The notes beneath the pieces were generated by a model that did not search any database, was not told the origin of the DNA, and saw nothing but the letters and a program-made list of their open reading frames with translations. A stretch of 64,000 bases of DNA from Gnetum montanum (lineage: Eukaryota > Plantae > Gnetophyta): assembly GCA_015680685.1 (NCBI GenBank), contig MNCI01001810.1, positions 218,327 through 282,326 on the forward strand, given 5' to 3'. Positions within the stretch are counted from its first letter, which is position 1. Each line of letters opens with the position of its first letter. Below, piece by piece: positions 13,100 to 27,275 of the stretch. A program made the translations under genes and the position numbers.

Positions 13100-16000
13100 A
13101 TGAGAACCTAAGAGCAAATCAGTTTGCCTTTGTGTCTACATGGACCTCATAGTGATGTTGAACAATGTATCAACCCTGATTGCCTAGATCTTGAGCCTGA
13201 GAGTACCACATAGCCTCAATAGAGAAACCTTTAGAATGGCCTAAAAACCTAGTCAAAACCCTTGACTTAGAAGCAGGAGACATAACTGAAGACTCTCTAG
13301 TTAAGGTTCCTATCACAACACATAGTGGTGAGGAGAAAATCATTAAATTTAGTTTCTCACTGGAGCCTTAATGTGTTCAAGACATCACCAATGTCTTATA
13401 AAGAAACATCAAGGAATTTTCTTAGTCATATGAAGATACACTAGGTCTAGAACCATGTCTACTCCATGATAACATCATACTAGATCCTAGAATTAGACTA
13501 GTTAAGCAAAAAGTATGTAAAATTAGATTTGATTTAGCCTTCGCAGTTCGCAATGAAATCTCAAAGCTCTACCAAGAAAGTTTCATTAGGGCTATCGATT
13601 ACACAGAATGGGTATCCAACATAGTGGTAGTTCTAAAGAAAAATGGAAGTATCTATATTTGCATTAATTTTTGAGACCTAAATAAAGCAACTATCAAGTA
13701 TGAATTTCCTTTGCCTGGTATTAATCAACTTATCGATACTACAAGAAAGCATGCCTTGTTGTCCTTTATGGATGGATTCTCAAGGTATAACCAAATTAGG
13801 ATTAGAGAGCACCAACTTAGCACAAACTTCATGATCCCTTGGGGTACCTTTTTCTATACTATGATGCGATTTGACCTTAAAAATACTAGAGTAACCTATC
13901 AATAGGCTATGAGCTATATATTTAGCAATTACATGCTAGATTTGCTTAATGATTACGTAGATGACATAGCCATTAAGTCCAAGATGGCCCATGACCATGC
14001 TAATGACTTAGATCTTTTACTTAAATGATGTCTCAAATAAAAGCTTAGGCTGAATCTTAAGAAGTGTGTGTTTGGCGTTAAGACTGGTAAGATGCTTGGC
14101 TTTGTAGTCTCCAAAGTAGGGATACATGTGAATCTTGATAAGGTTAAGGCCATATCCAAATCAACAAAACCTACTAGCCTTAAAGAGCTTTAGTGATTAC
14201 AAGGTAGATTACAGTTTATTTGTAGGTTTATCACTAGGCTCATGAATAAGTTATAGCCCATGCAAAACTTGCTTAAGAAAGGAGTTCACTATGAGTGGAT
14301 GGCTCAATAAAAAGAGGCCTTGAAAACCTTAAGTGAGAATTGACATAACTATCGACAATCTATCCTATGTAAGAGGGTAAACTATTTTGCATTCATCTTA
14401 CTATCTATGATACATCCATTGCCTCTCTACTCTATCAAAAATGTGATGATAAAGCAAAAATGCTCGTATACTACCTTAGCCATGTGTTAGTTGCACACGA
14501 GGCCCAATACACTGAGGTGGAGAAATATTATCTAGAACTAGTCTTCTCTTTGAAGAAATGGAGAAACTACCTCTTCAGAAGCCAAGTCAATGTCATTTTC
14601 AAGGAAAACATACTCAAAGACATAATGACCAACATCTATGAAAGTAGCCATATAGCCTAATGGAAAGCCGTAACCATGAAATTTGACCTTCATTACATCT
14701 CTTAATCCCCAATGAAAGGTCAAGCTATAGCATACAACTCATAGTTTTACCTGTTGATGAGAAAGTAACCATAGATTCTAAATTCCTTGATGAACACATT
14801 AACATAGTTAGCCAAGTTCTTGAGGGTTATAAGGTAGTCATGAACTTTGACGAAGCTTCAATTACCCATGGAACCAATGTCGCTACCATTGTAACATTTC
14901 CATTTGATGAGATTTGATCCTTCACCTATTGTTTTGAGTATCCATGTATCAAAAACATAGTGGAGTATGAAGGTTTTATCAGAGGGATAATGATACCTTG
15001 TGACCTAGGAATTAGATACCTAGCCATCAAAGGCAATTCACAACTTGTGGTTAACCAAGTAACCAAAGCGTATGCATGTAAAGAGAAATACCTACAACCT
15101 TATTGTGACCTAGGGAAGCAATTGTTATCAAAATTTGTAGACATTGATATCCAACACATACGTCAAAATGAGAATGCCATAGTTGATGCAATTGCAACAT
15201 TAGCCCTTAGTGTGAGGTCAGATGTGTTTTGTAAGTTACCCACCTTGAGCATGGATTGTGCTACTCCCATCACGTAGAACATTGAAGATACCTTTGTGGA
15301 CATTTTTCATACTACTCCTACTATAGAGTACTATGATTACATCAAATTTTACCTTATGCATGATGAATCCTCACAAGGCCTGACTATTGCTTAGAAGGAT
15401 TCCATATGCAAGTGATCAAAGCAGTATGTCATTATAGGTGATAACACATTAGGTTGATGATCTTATGATCACATACTCCTAAAGTTCTTAGGTAAAATTG
15501 AGGCCAAAATAGTCCTAGAGGAGGTTCATGAGGGTGTTTGTGGAGGACATATAGGACTTAAGGCCATGGACACTAAAATTAGATGGTTAGGCTACTATTG
15601 AACCCATATGGAAAATGACTACCTACAAAAGGTTAAGTCTTGTGACACATGCTAGCCATATAGTAAGCTTATATATTTACCACCAATTAAGTTGCATACA
15701 TGGTCATTTCAATGATGGGGGTTGGATATCATTGGACCTATAACACCTAAGTCTTCCATAGGACATAGCTTTAAAATCACTGAAATTGAATATTTTAGCA
15801 AGTGGGTTAAGGCTATTCCCCTCAGGAAGACCACATCTGAACAAGTTTGCAAATTTATCCTAGACAACATTCTATCTTGTTTTACCATACCCATGACTGT
15901 AGTTACGAATAATGGACCCTAATCTAGTAGCCAAAAAACAATGGATCTCTATCATAACCTAAGCATTAAGCATTCTTTCTTGTCACCTTAATACCCTTAA

Positions 16001-16536
16001 GCTAATGGGCAAGTAGAAGTAAGAAACAAGACCATCATCAACTTGCTCAAGAAGATGCTCAATAATAGCAAGTGCCAATGGCATGAGTAGCTTGTCCATG
16101 TGCTATGGGCATACAGAACAACCTATCACATAGCCTTGTTTATGGCTATGAATATATTTTACCTCTTAAATTGTAGGTGTCATCACTTTAAGTAGCTTTG
16201 ACAAACTTCATCAATGATAAGTAGAGTAAGGAGTTATGGATGGCAACCTTGGATTTAAGGAAGGGGCAATGTATGTAAGTTCTTGCTCACATAGAGCACT
16301 ATTAAGATAGGTAGAAGTGACAACATTGCCATGACTTGACCATGTGCAAGATCAAGGAGGGAGACTTGGTTCTCAAGGCCTTCCATGAGCATGTAGAAAA
16401 TTTCTCAACCAATTGGGAAGGGCCCTTTCTTATCACAATATCCTATTAGAATGGAGCATTTAGAATAGTTGAAATGAATGGGAATGAGTTGGCCAATCTA
16501 GTGAATCATTCCTATCTAAAATCATACTACATGTAG
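13100..16536 (+). pseudogene. pol of A: RT-RNase H-archaeal-type RNase H-integrase
   Basis: LLSFMDGFSRYNQI, YVDD, KKCVFGV, VYYLS, NFDEAS..EYEGF..GNSQLV (aRH), VHEGVCGGH, WGLDIIGP, TNNGP; multiple stops. Confidence 0.95.
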
Positions 16537-16569
16537 CTAATAATTTTCAACAAGTGAGCCTTCTTTCAA

Positions 16570-16655
16570 TGATCCACTATGATCTTAAGCTAGTAACATG
16601 GCCTACCATGGCCTTAAACTAGTAACATGGCCCACCACAACCTTAAACTAGCAAC
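16570..16655 (+). repeat. TAAACTAG tandem array (A, after integrase)
   Basis: Three ~29-bp units ending CCTTAAACTAGTAAC or similar. Confidence 0.8.
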
Positions 16656-16773
16656 TTTGGTAACTTGGATAGCTTGATTCTCATATGACCTGTATGCATT
16701 GTAATGTTATAAGATGCAATGGTGTTTTGTATTCTTTGTCGATGCCTCTCGGGTTAATCCTCTAGGCACCAAC

Positions 16774-16782
16774 AAAGAGGGA
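16774..16782 (+). promoter_or_regulatory. Polypurine tract of A
   Basis: AAAGAGGGA immediately upstream of the 3' LTR start. Confidence 0.8.
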
Positions 16783-16786
16783 CCAT

Positions 16787-18302
16787 TTAAACACCACAAA
16801 AATTTTCATGTTATAGCCAATTTTCCTCATGTAGCTTTCATCCCATGGATCTCGAGATAAAAGTTCATTGTAAATGTGAAGATTGTAACCCACAGTGGGC
16901 AATTTCACATACTTTACATTTTTGGGGCTGGAAAATGCCTCATAAGTAGTCCAAGCCTCATTCCCCAAGTGAAAAAAGTTACCTAGTATCTATATTTATA
17001 TTTGGGGAGGTTAAAAATTCCTTTTGGAATGCCAAAAAGGCAATTTGATGGGTTTTATATGTGTATACACTTTTCTACGTTGGAAACACATGCAGGGGGT
17101 AAATCTCACCTCCTCCTAACATGGAAGGGTGGGGATTTTGGAAACTTTTCCCCTTTAATGTAGAGATCACATGCATAACCTAGAAAGCTCCCCCCCCCTC
17201 CCTAGTGTGGAAGTTTCTTCCCAGTGTGAAGTCTTGATCCCTAGCATTGAAAATTGTATTCCCTAATGTGAAAGCAACAAAAGATAGATCTCAACACTTC
17301 ATGAACTTCAACATTAACCAACCACTTTAGTAAGCATGGTAGAGAGCTCAATATGAAAGATTCAACTCCAGCATGGAAGGTGTGCCACAATTACTATTTA
17401 TAGTAAATGGAATGGCTATGTTAGAAAGCACTTACGATGTATAGTAATCCCACAATTTGGACACCCACCTCACCTAAATTTTGTAGCCAAGTCACAACCA
17501 ATTTGTAGCCAAATAATAGCCATTTTACAGCCACATTCATGGCCTAAAGAACCTATAAAATCCAACCTCAAACACCAATTATAGGTTCTAGAATTTGAGA
17601 AGGTTGAACACTTTACATTGTTAAGAAATTTTACATAGTTCAATAACTATTTGCATACACATAAAATTGTTCATAATTTAACACTTGGGGGACATTCTCA
17701 GGCACTCAAGAGCTCTTGCAAGTTCCCATAGTTGCATTCTCTTGAACCCTAGCATGGAAGCGTTATAGCCTTAAGGCTTGTGAACTTTTAGTGTTAAAGC
17801 TACATATCTAGGGCTCCCAATCCACAACATGGAGCAATCTGGTAGCCAAATTTCTCACATTTCTCATCTCCCAAGTAGTGACCCAACTTGCAAATTTGAG
17901 GTTGTAGTGGAGGAGGTTTGATAGCATTAGGAGTGGCTTAGCATCTAGATCATGAAGCATATCACATTAGCTTTAATGGGCTCCTGCATCTAGGCACCAT
18001 TTGTACACATTTCTCTATCTTACACTTTATTCTTTCTTAATAAAGTTTTTAGTTTTGGGTTTTGTGTATGAAATATAATTGTTTATTATCTACACATCAT
18101 TTTATATTTGCTATCATTTTTACATTCCGTTTCATTTTATTACCATGCTTTGCATTCCGTAAGTCGTTGGTTGATCTACTGAACCAACCAAGGCATCCCA
18201 AATTTCATTTTTTCCACGAAGCCCTTTGGAACTCATGGGTTGAGGAACTATTGCACAAAGGACCTTTGATTTTTCCAACAACCAAGGTTTTTAGTCACAA
18301 CA
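16787..18302 (+). repeat. 3' LTR of element A
   Basis: Begins TTAAACACCAC (C begins TGAAACACCAC), ends CAACA; homologous to 1-1145. Confidence 0.9.
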
Positions 18303-19028
18303 TTCTTCATCTCCATAAAATATTTGTTTCTTCATCCATTTATTAAAAAATCAATTTTGAATAATTTTCTCTACTTGATCTTCTTTATTTTTATTTTTCT
18401 CTCTTCTACTTGATTCAAAAACCTTTCTCTTAGTAGATGAATCAGAAATGACATTTGGAGGTCTGGAAGTAGTTAACCTTTTTTTTATTTCAAATTATAT
18501 CCATTATCTTCATTGTTATTACACTATTCATCTAATGATATATCCTCTTTAGAACTTAATAGAGAATAAGTGTCACTAGATCCATTGCTAGAAGATTTAC
18601 TTGCATAATGAACATTAGATAGTTGATTATTAGATTCAACATCAAGGAAGTTAAACATAACAAGATCACTTTCATCCTCATCTTCTACTAGTTTAGTATC
18701 TTGATGCTTATATTTCCTATTTTTCTTTTCCTCTTTGATTTTAAATTTTGCCAAAGCTTTTTCTAGTTTTACCACTTTGTTGCATAACTCTCTCATTAAC
18801 TGTCCCTTTACATATTCTCTGCTTTCTAGGTCTTGCTCTATCTTAACATGAAATGGTCTTGATAATGCTTTAAGTTGAACAAAATTTTGCATAGGAATCA
18901 TAACCTTATCTTCTCTTTTTTGAGTTGTGATAATCTATTCATGATTCAAGTTTAGCTAGTTTTCTAAATGTATAGCTTCACTAAAGTAGTCATTTAGTTT
19001 TAGCAAGTTTGAAGTTCTCAATCATATT
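18303..19028 (-). other. Unrelated older sequence between A and B with a decayed reading frame (includes ORF 18524-18901), possibly an old retroelement gag fragment
   Basis: Frame extends upstream through stops (NLLKLNDYFSEAIHLEN*); coiled-coil-like, basic and acidic stretches; no homology to A-D seen. Confidence 0.35.
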
Positions 19029-20482
19029 TTTTACAACAAGAAAAATAAATCATTGGAAGAATCGATAGATCCAACATAATAGCCTCAACCTTGAATCCCC
19101 AGAGTCTCCAACAAAATGGGATTCAAGGTGCCCTAGCTAGTTTGACAGATCAACCAGGGGCTTTAAGGATTCAAAATGAATGATACAGATAATAATGAAA
19201 AAATTATAGATATGTAGAATGGAAAAAAAATGCAGAGTGCATACAAGAAATGAAACTTTAAAACTTTATTAAAATAATAAATCAAAAGTTCCAAAAATGT
19301 GTACAAGAAATGCCTATGAGAGAGCAAGGGAAGTTTCACTGAGGTAGGAGTTCTAGGCCTGTTGAAGCTGATGTGATATTCTCCATGATCTAGATACCAA
19401 GCCACTCTTGACGTGTTCAAATCTCCTCTACTGTAAACTATAGATTTGCAATTTGGATTACTATTGGGGGTGAGAAAAGTGAAAAATTTGGCTACCAAAT
19501 TGCTCCATGCTAGGGGTTGGGAGCCTTAGAAATGCATCATTGACATCAAAAGTTCACAAGTCTAAGGGTGATAATGCTCCCACATTGGGGTTCAAGAGAA
19601 TGCAAACATGGGAGATTACAAGAGCCCTTGAGTGTTTGAAAATGTTCAAGTGTGGAATTATTACTTGGAAAAATGTATTTGTGCTTAATGTATTCATGTG
19701 TCAAAAACGTGAAACCTATAAATGGTGTTTAAGATTAGGTTTTATAGGATCTAGGCCATGAATGGTGCTGCAAAATAACTATGATTGGGTTGTAATTTGG
19801 CTATACAATGGCTACAAATTGGCTAGAAAATTGCTACAAATTTCTACCTTGTGTAGGTGAGATGGGTGCCTAAATTTGGACGATTACCATATATAGTAGT
19901 GCTTTTCCCCTATGGTCATTTTGTTTACTATAAATAGTAATAAGGGCACACCTTCTATGCTAAAGATAGATCTTCCATGTTGAGCCTTCTGCCATCCCTG
20001 TTGAAGTGGTTGGTCAATGTTAGAATGCATGGATTGATGATACTTGGCTTTTGTGGCTTCCATGCTAGAGGCATGCAATTTCCATGCTTGGGGGGAGGGG
20101 GTTGTGGAGTTTCTAAGTTGAGGAGAAACCCCTCCACTCCTCCACACTAGAGGGAGGTGAGATTTATCTCCTGTAGATGTTTCCAATGCAGAAAAGTGTA
20201 TGCCCCCAATAAAAGCCATCAAATTTCCATTTTAGCATTTCAAAAGGCAATTTTGATCTTCCCAAGCCCAAATATAGATACTAGGTAACTTTTGTTTCAC
20301 TTTGAGAATGAGGATTTGATCACTTATGAGGCAATTTGTAGTCCTAAAAGTATGTAATATGTGAGATTGCCTCTCATGGATTACAATCTTCACATTTACA
20401 ATAAAGTTTTTCCTCAAGTTTCATGGGGTGAAAGCTACATGATGGAAATGGGCTATAACATAGAAAATTTTGTGGTGTTTTA
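19029..20482 (-). repeat. 3' LTR of element B
   Basis: Minus strand begins TAAAACACCAC after PPT AAAGAGGGG (20495-20487); homologous to A LTRs; left edge approximate. Confidence 0.85.
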
Positions 20483-20710
20483 ATGGCCCCTCTTTGTTGG
20501 TGCTTGGAGAATTGATCTAAGAGGCACCAACAAAGAATACAAAACACCACTACATACTATGATGCTACAATGTACATAGGCCACATGATATGATAAAACC
20601 AAGCTATCCAGGTCACTGAAGTTACTACTTCAAAGTCGTGCTAGGACATGGTACTAATTTAAGGCTCTGAAAGGCTATTGAAAGCAAGCTCACTTGTTGA
20701 CGATTGTTAG

Positions 20711-23646
20711 CTATATGTAGTATGGATTTAGATAGGAATGATTAACAAGATTAACTAGCTCATTTCCATCCATGTTAGCTATCTTGAATGTACTATTACT
20801 GTAGGCTTTGGTGACAAGGAAAGACCCTTCCAATTGGCTAAGAATTTATCTACATGCTTGTAAATGGCTTTAAGGACAAGATCACCCTTCTTGATCTTAT
20901 GCATGGTCAAGTTATGGTAATGTTGTTGCTTCTACCTCTCTTAATAGTGTTGAATGTGAGCAAGTGCTTGCATACGTTGCTCCTCCATTGAATCCAAGGC
21001 TACTATTTGTAACTCCTTGTTTTACTCATTGTTGATGAAGTTGGTCAAGGTTACTCAGAGCAATGGCACCTACAATTAAAGAGGTAAAATAGCTTTAGAA
21101 TCATAAATAAAGCTATAAGGGGTCATACTAGTTACTATGCAATAGGTTTTTTTGTATGCCCATAGTGCATGGACAAGCTGCTCATGCCATTTATGCTTAC
21201 TATTATTAAGAATCTTCTTGAGCAAGTTGATGATGGCCTTGTTGCTCACTTTCACTTGTCCATTGGCTTGAGGGTAATAAGGCAACAAGAAAGAATGCTT
21301 AATGCTTAGGTCATGAAAAAAAATTTTGTTTCTTGGCTACTAAATTATGGTCCATTTTCTATAACTATGGTCATGGGTATTCCAAAATGAGCTACAATGT
21401 TATCTAGGATAAATTTGTTGAAATGCTCAGACGCAATCTTCTTTAGGGAAATAGCCTCAACCCACTTTGTAAAATATTCGGTTGTAGTGATGATGAAGCT
21501 ATGCCTCATCGAAGACTTAGGCATTATATGTCCAATGATATCTAGTCCTCATCATTGAAGTCGCCATGTTATTTGGGTGGCATGCAACTCAGTTGGTGGT
21601 ACATGTATAAGGTTGCTATATCATTGGCATGTGTCACTCTGCTTAACCTTTTGTAGGAAATCATTTTCCATATGGGGCTAATAGTAGCCTAACTAACTAA
21701 TCTTAGCAATCATGGCTCTAGGTATCATATTTCCTTCACAAATACCTGCATGAACCTCCTCTAGGACTATTCTAGCTTTGGTTTTCCCTAATCACTTTAG
21801 GAGTATGCCATCATAGGATCATTGACATAATGTATTATCACCTATGATGACATACTACTTCGATCACTTACGTACAGTGTCCTTTTGAGTAGTAGTTAGG
21901 CCTTGTGAGGATTCTCCATGCATAAGATAAAATTTGATATCGTTATACCATTCCCAGGGAGGAGTAGTGTGAATGATGCCCACAAAGGTATCCTCAATGT
22001 TTTGTGTGATGGGAGTAGCACAATCCATAGTTAAGGTGGACAACTTACTAAACACATCTAGCATCACACTAAGGGCTAACATTACAATTGCATTGGCTAG
22101 GACATTTTTGTTTTTGGGTATGTGTTGGATATCAATTTCTATGAATTGTTATAATAATTGCTTCCCTAGGTAATAGTAAGGTTGTAAGTGTTTGGCCTTA
22201 CATGCATAGACCTTGGTCACTTGGTTGACCACAAGTTATGAATCTCCTTTTATCATTAAGTGTCTAATTCCTAGGTCATGAGCTACCAATCCTTGTACTT
22301 TTCTATGTTGTTGATACATGAAAACTCAAAATGATAGGTGAAGGATTAGATTTCACCAGATGGGAATGTTATGATGGTAGCAGAACTAGCCCCATGGGTA
22401 GTTAAAGCTTTGTCAAAGTGCATGACTACCTCATAACCCTCAAGCACTTAACTAACAATGTTACTATGTTCATTAGGGAGCTCAATATCTTTTGCTACTT
22501 GGTCATCAATAGGTGAGACTGTGAGTTATATAGCTATGGCTTAACCTTTCAATGGGGATTGAGTAACATAATGAAGGTCAAACCTTGTGGTTATTGCTTT
22601 CCATCGAGCTATACAACTACTTTCATAGATGTTGGTTGTTATGGCTTTAAGCACGTTATCTTTGCAAATGACATTGAATTGGCTTCTAAAGAGGTAGTGT
22701 CTCCACTTCAATGAGAAGAATAGTGCTAAATAATACTTCTCTGCTTTAGTGTATCGAGTCTTGTGGGCAACTAATGCATGACTAAGATAGTACACTGGCA
22801 TCTTTGCTCCATCATCATGCTTCTGATAGAGTAGAGAGGTAATGGACATGTTGGAGATGGCAAGGTAGATGTAAAATAGTTTACCCTCTTCTGAAGAATA
22901 GACCATTAGAAGTTGTGTCAACTCTTATTTAAGGTTTTCAAAGGCCTATTAGCATTGAGTCATCCACTCATACTGAACTCCTTTCTTAAGCAAGTGTTAC
23001 ATGAATTGTAACTTATCCATGAGCCTAATGATAAACCTATGTAAACCATAATATGCCTTGTGATCCTCAAAGCTCCTAACGGTTGGTGGGTGCTACTAAT
23101 TTTGATATGACCTTAACCTTATTAGGATTGACATGTATCCTTACTTTAGAGACTACAAAGCCAAGAATCTTACTGGTCTTAACATCGAAGACACATTTCT
23201 TGGGATTCAGACTAACCTCATATTTGAGGCATCATTTAAGTGCAAGATCTAGGTTATTAGCATGGTTATTGGCCACTTTAGACTTAACAACTATATCATC
23301 TACATAATGGTTAAGTAAACCTAACATGTAATCATTGATAGGTCACTTTGGCATTCTTAAGGTTGAAGGGCACCATATTATAGTAAAAGTTTCCCTAAGG
23401 AGTCATGAAGGTCATGCTAAGTTGGTGCTCTAGGTTAATCCTGATTTGGTTGTATCTTAAGAATCCATCCATAAAGGACAATAAGGCATGTTCAGCTGTA
23501 GTATCGATACGTTGATCAATACTAAGCAAAGGAAAGTCATCCTTGAGAGTTACTTTATTAAGGTCTTGGAAATCAATGCAAATATAGATACCTCCATTTT
23601 TCTTAAGAGCTACCACTATGTTGGACACCCTACGTAGTCGACAACT
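20711..23646 (-). pseudogene. pol of B (RT N-terminus deleted)-RH-aRH-INT
   Basis: DFQDLNK, LLSFMDGF, YVDD, PVYYLSH, YYPQANGQV; starts abruptly just before VSNIVV. Confidence 0.93.
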
Positions 23647-24059
23647 CAAATTTTGCTAATTTAAGGCCTTAGTAGGCCATGGTCACATGGTATTAAATAG
23701 TGGTAAAGGAAGGTCAAAATCCACTATTTGATACCAATTAAAGGCCAAACAAAGGCAAATATAGCTAGAATAAGGAAAATAAAAATAATATAAGGTTGCA
23801 TAAAGGCCACAATAAGGTTGACAAGGCTGATAATGCAACACTAGGTCAAAATAAGTCAAAGCATCTTGAAATAAGGTAAACCTCAAGCAAAATAGGCTAT
23901 AGATGCTGGAATTTGGTTAATATAGGTAAAAAGTAGTTAGATTTTGCCATTTTAGGCCTTAGCATGCCATGATTTAGGGCTACAAGGCTATTAGGTGAGT
24001 TTGGTCATCAGTGAGGACTATTTTTGCGTTTTTTGAGCATGAAAATAGAGAGTTTTGAA

Positions 24060-27000
24060 GCTTCCATGATGGGCCCCACTTTATTTCCATGCTTCCACAT
24101 TTTAGAGCATCTAGAGGTCCAAAATTAAGGTCCTGGGGCCTCCCCAAGTCAACGTAGGGCTAGATCTATCAAAATTAGGCACTCCAAAGTTCTGTAAAAG
24201 ACCAAAAGGTAGGTTCTAGAGCTTAACCCCTTTGCTTCCACACTAGCTAACATGGAAGAGAAGGGGATCAGTGTGGAAAATCAAAATCCAAATAAAAAAG
24301 TGTCAAAAATGGCCAAACAGGTAGCTGGAACCCAAATATGGAAGTTTTGCATTGTCCAGCTTCATTTTGATGCGATTGGAATCAATTTTGGATGTTAAAA
24401 CATGCTAAAATGGCTTGCCCCCACCCCCCTTATTCCACATTGAGCATAGTATCCCTAGCATGGAAGGATGGGGGAACACTTGTTTTGTGAATTTAGGATG
24501 GTCTAGAAGTACATTGACCAAATTCCTAGGCTGATAGGGCTATAGATAATGATTTTGCAAGTTTTTGGTTGATTTTGGGCACATTTGGAGGTCATTCAAG
24601 AGAATCTAAGGTCTTTCCCCCTTATTTCCACATTAGGGGAGTTTCTCTAGCATGGAAGATTAGGAGAAATGGGTTTTTGAGGTTAACATAAGGTCAAATG
24701 AACAAATTCTTAAGGCTATGAGGTCCTTGACATCTTCAACATAAATCTCTGGCTTCCAAGAGTGTCATCTTGTTACCAAAAGTGGAAAGGTAGCCTTCCC
24801 CCTCTATTTCCACATATTCTAGCATGGAAGGAACCTTATCTAACATGGATGAAGTAAAAATCCTAGATCTAGGCCAATTCAAGTTATAATTGATTATGCG
24901 TGTCAGCTTTTAGACTGGCTAAGGCCAAGGGCTAGGGTTTGATGTTAGAATTTGGTAGTTTTTAGTACCCCCAAGTCTCTTTTAGGCTTTCCACCCCCCT
25001 TGTCTTGAAGCTGGTACTAGTGAGCTTAGCAAGAAATATTAGGGGAAACCACTTTTTGGCCCTTTAGCATCAGTTTTCTAAGGTTTGAAGACTCCAGAGG
25101 GTGAATACATGGTTCTATAGTGCATACAAGGTCATTTGATGTGGTTCTAAGGTGTTTATAGGACTTAACTAAGTCCCCCATTTAGTTTTAATGCTAAGAA
25201 GCATGGAGGAAGGTATCCCTAGCATGGAAGAATCATAAATCTTAGATTTGGGCCAATTTTGATCTCAATCGATTGTGTGTGTGTGCCTCTACGATTACCA
25301 AGATCAAGGACTAGGGTTTGAGGTCAAAATTAGTTAGTTTGGAGGTTTTATAGATGGTTATTAAGCTTTTCCATTATTTTCCATGCTTGGGATAGTATGC
25401 CCAATGTGGAAGACTAGGGAAGTAGCTTTTTGGCTATCTATGATCACTTTTGTAGGGTTTGAGGGCTCTGGAAGATTTGAAAATGATATTAAGGTTCATG
25501 TAAGGTTGTATAGCATTTTCTTGAGGTTTTTAAAGGTCATTTTAGAGTCCCCCTAGAGTTCCTCCTTTTCTTCCATGTTGGCCAATGTGAAAGAGATGGT
25601 TCTCAGTGTAAAGAAATTGAGTGACTCTACTTTTATCATCTTTTGACATTTTTGGCCATGCATGTAGGTTTCTAACATTGTCAATATCAACTATTTCTAT
25701 CTAGTGTCAACATTAGGTCATTTTAATGGTTGTGAAGTGGTTTTTGATGTTTCCTCATTTTTTCCATGCTAGGATTTCCATGCTTAACATGGAAGATTAG
25801 GTGAAAAGGATTTTTAGCTACTTATGATCAGTTTTGGAAAGTTTGAGGGTCCTAGGTAGAGTAGATAGAGTCCTAGGACACACACAAGGCTTTTTGGTGT
25901 TTATTTAAGGTCTTTGAATGTATTTTCGAGTCTTTCCAAAGTTTCCCCCTTTCTTCCATGATGGCCAGTGTGGAAGAGGAAGCTCTTAATGTGATGGAAA
26001 TAAGGGATTTTGATTTTTTCTATTTTTAGCCATTTTGGCTATGCATGCATGTCCACAAGGTTGTTGGTGTTGAGTATCAATGTGTAGGATTGAATCTAGT
26101 CATTGTGAGGGCTATGAGAGAGTTTTTAGGCTTCCCCCTTCCATTCACACTAGGGTTGAGATGCTCAGCATGGATGGAATCCTCCTCAGCATGGAGAACC
26201 CAAGGGGGATAAGTTTTAATTATTTTAGGTAGCTTCCAAAAGTTTGGTGGCTTCCAAAAGGTTTGGGTTGCTTACAGAAGTTAAACTGCATGCAAACTTC
26301 AATAGTTTTGACTTTCCCCCTTCCATCCACACTAAGATTGAAATGTCTAGCATAAAGGAGAATCTCCTTAGTGTGGAAAAACCTTAGGAGGTTGATTATT
26401 ATTAATTTTTAGCATTCTAGTGGTATCCAAAAAGGCTATGAAGGCTCTAGTGTTAGTTTGAGTTAATCTATTATTTTTTTGTTATTTTTGGGATCCCCAT
26501 TAACCTTCCTAGCTCCATCCTCCTAGTTTTCACACTAGGCAACATGAAAACGGTCTTTCCTAGCATCAAAAAATTATGAAAGTCATATCTAGGCTAATTT
26601 AACACCAAAATTTACCATGCATGTCAGCCTCTAGGGTTACTGGTGTTGATGGTTAATACTAGGTGTTAAGATCTAGTACTTTGGAGGTGTCTAAGTGCCT
26701 CATGTAATCTCTCCCCTTTCTTCCACATTTTTCATGATACTCCTAGCATAGATGAGAGGGCGATGATAGTTTTTTATGGTATTTAACTACTTTTTGGGCA
26801 TTTGAAGGCTCTAGAGGTTTTGAAAGGGTCTAGAGATCATCGGGCTTTGAAAAATGGCTAGTAGGAAATCGATTTAGGTCATTTTGGCTTTCTCTCATCC
26901 ATCCATATTTGGCATTAGATGCTCCACATGGAAACATCAAATCCCAAGGTGTTGAAAACTTTCGACTAGGTTTGGTGAGGTTTTGGAACTGACATGATGT

Positions 27001-27275
27001 TTGGAGGGGTGGACCCACTTCAGTGTTCAAACTTGGGCTAGATGGATGTTGGGAGGTAAGAATGAATGTTACCCCATTTATTCCATGTTGGGCACTATTT
27101 CCTTAGCATGGAAACCCATGTTGTCTAGATTTTTTAGTGTCCAACCCCCTTTTGGAAGCCTAGGATTGAAAAAGATAGGTTTTGATTAATAAAAATGGTA
27201 AAATAGCTATGTTTTGATGGTTTTAGGTAATGAGAGGCATGTTTTCACACTAGGTATGGCATTCCCATCATAGAT
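24060..27275. repeat. Palindrome array of B (~18 units, ~190-bp period), counterpart of A 9402-12405
   Basis: TTCCACATTGAGCATAGTATCCCTAGCATGGAA at 24433; similar units near 24627, 25379, 25762, 27081. Confidence 0.88.

Larger units (their letters stand above)
1..18302 (+). mobile_element. Element A: Ty3/gypsy Tat-clade (Ogre-like) LTR retrotransposon, degenerate, 5' LTR truncated by window start
   Basis: Direct LTR homology 1-1145 vs ~17118-18302; PBS at 1153; gag, PR, RT, RH, aRH, INT in order; PPT at 16774. Confidence 0.95.
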
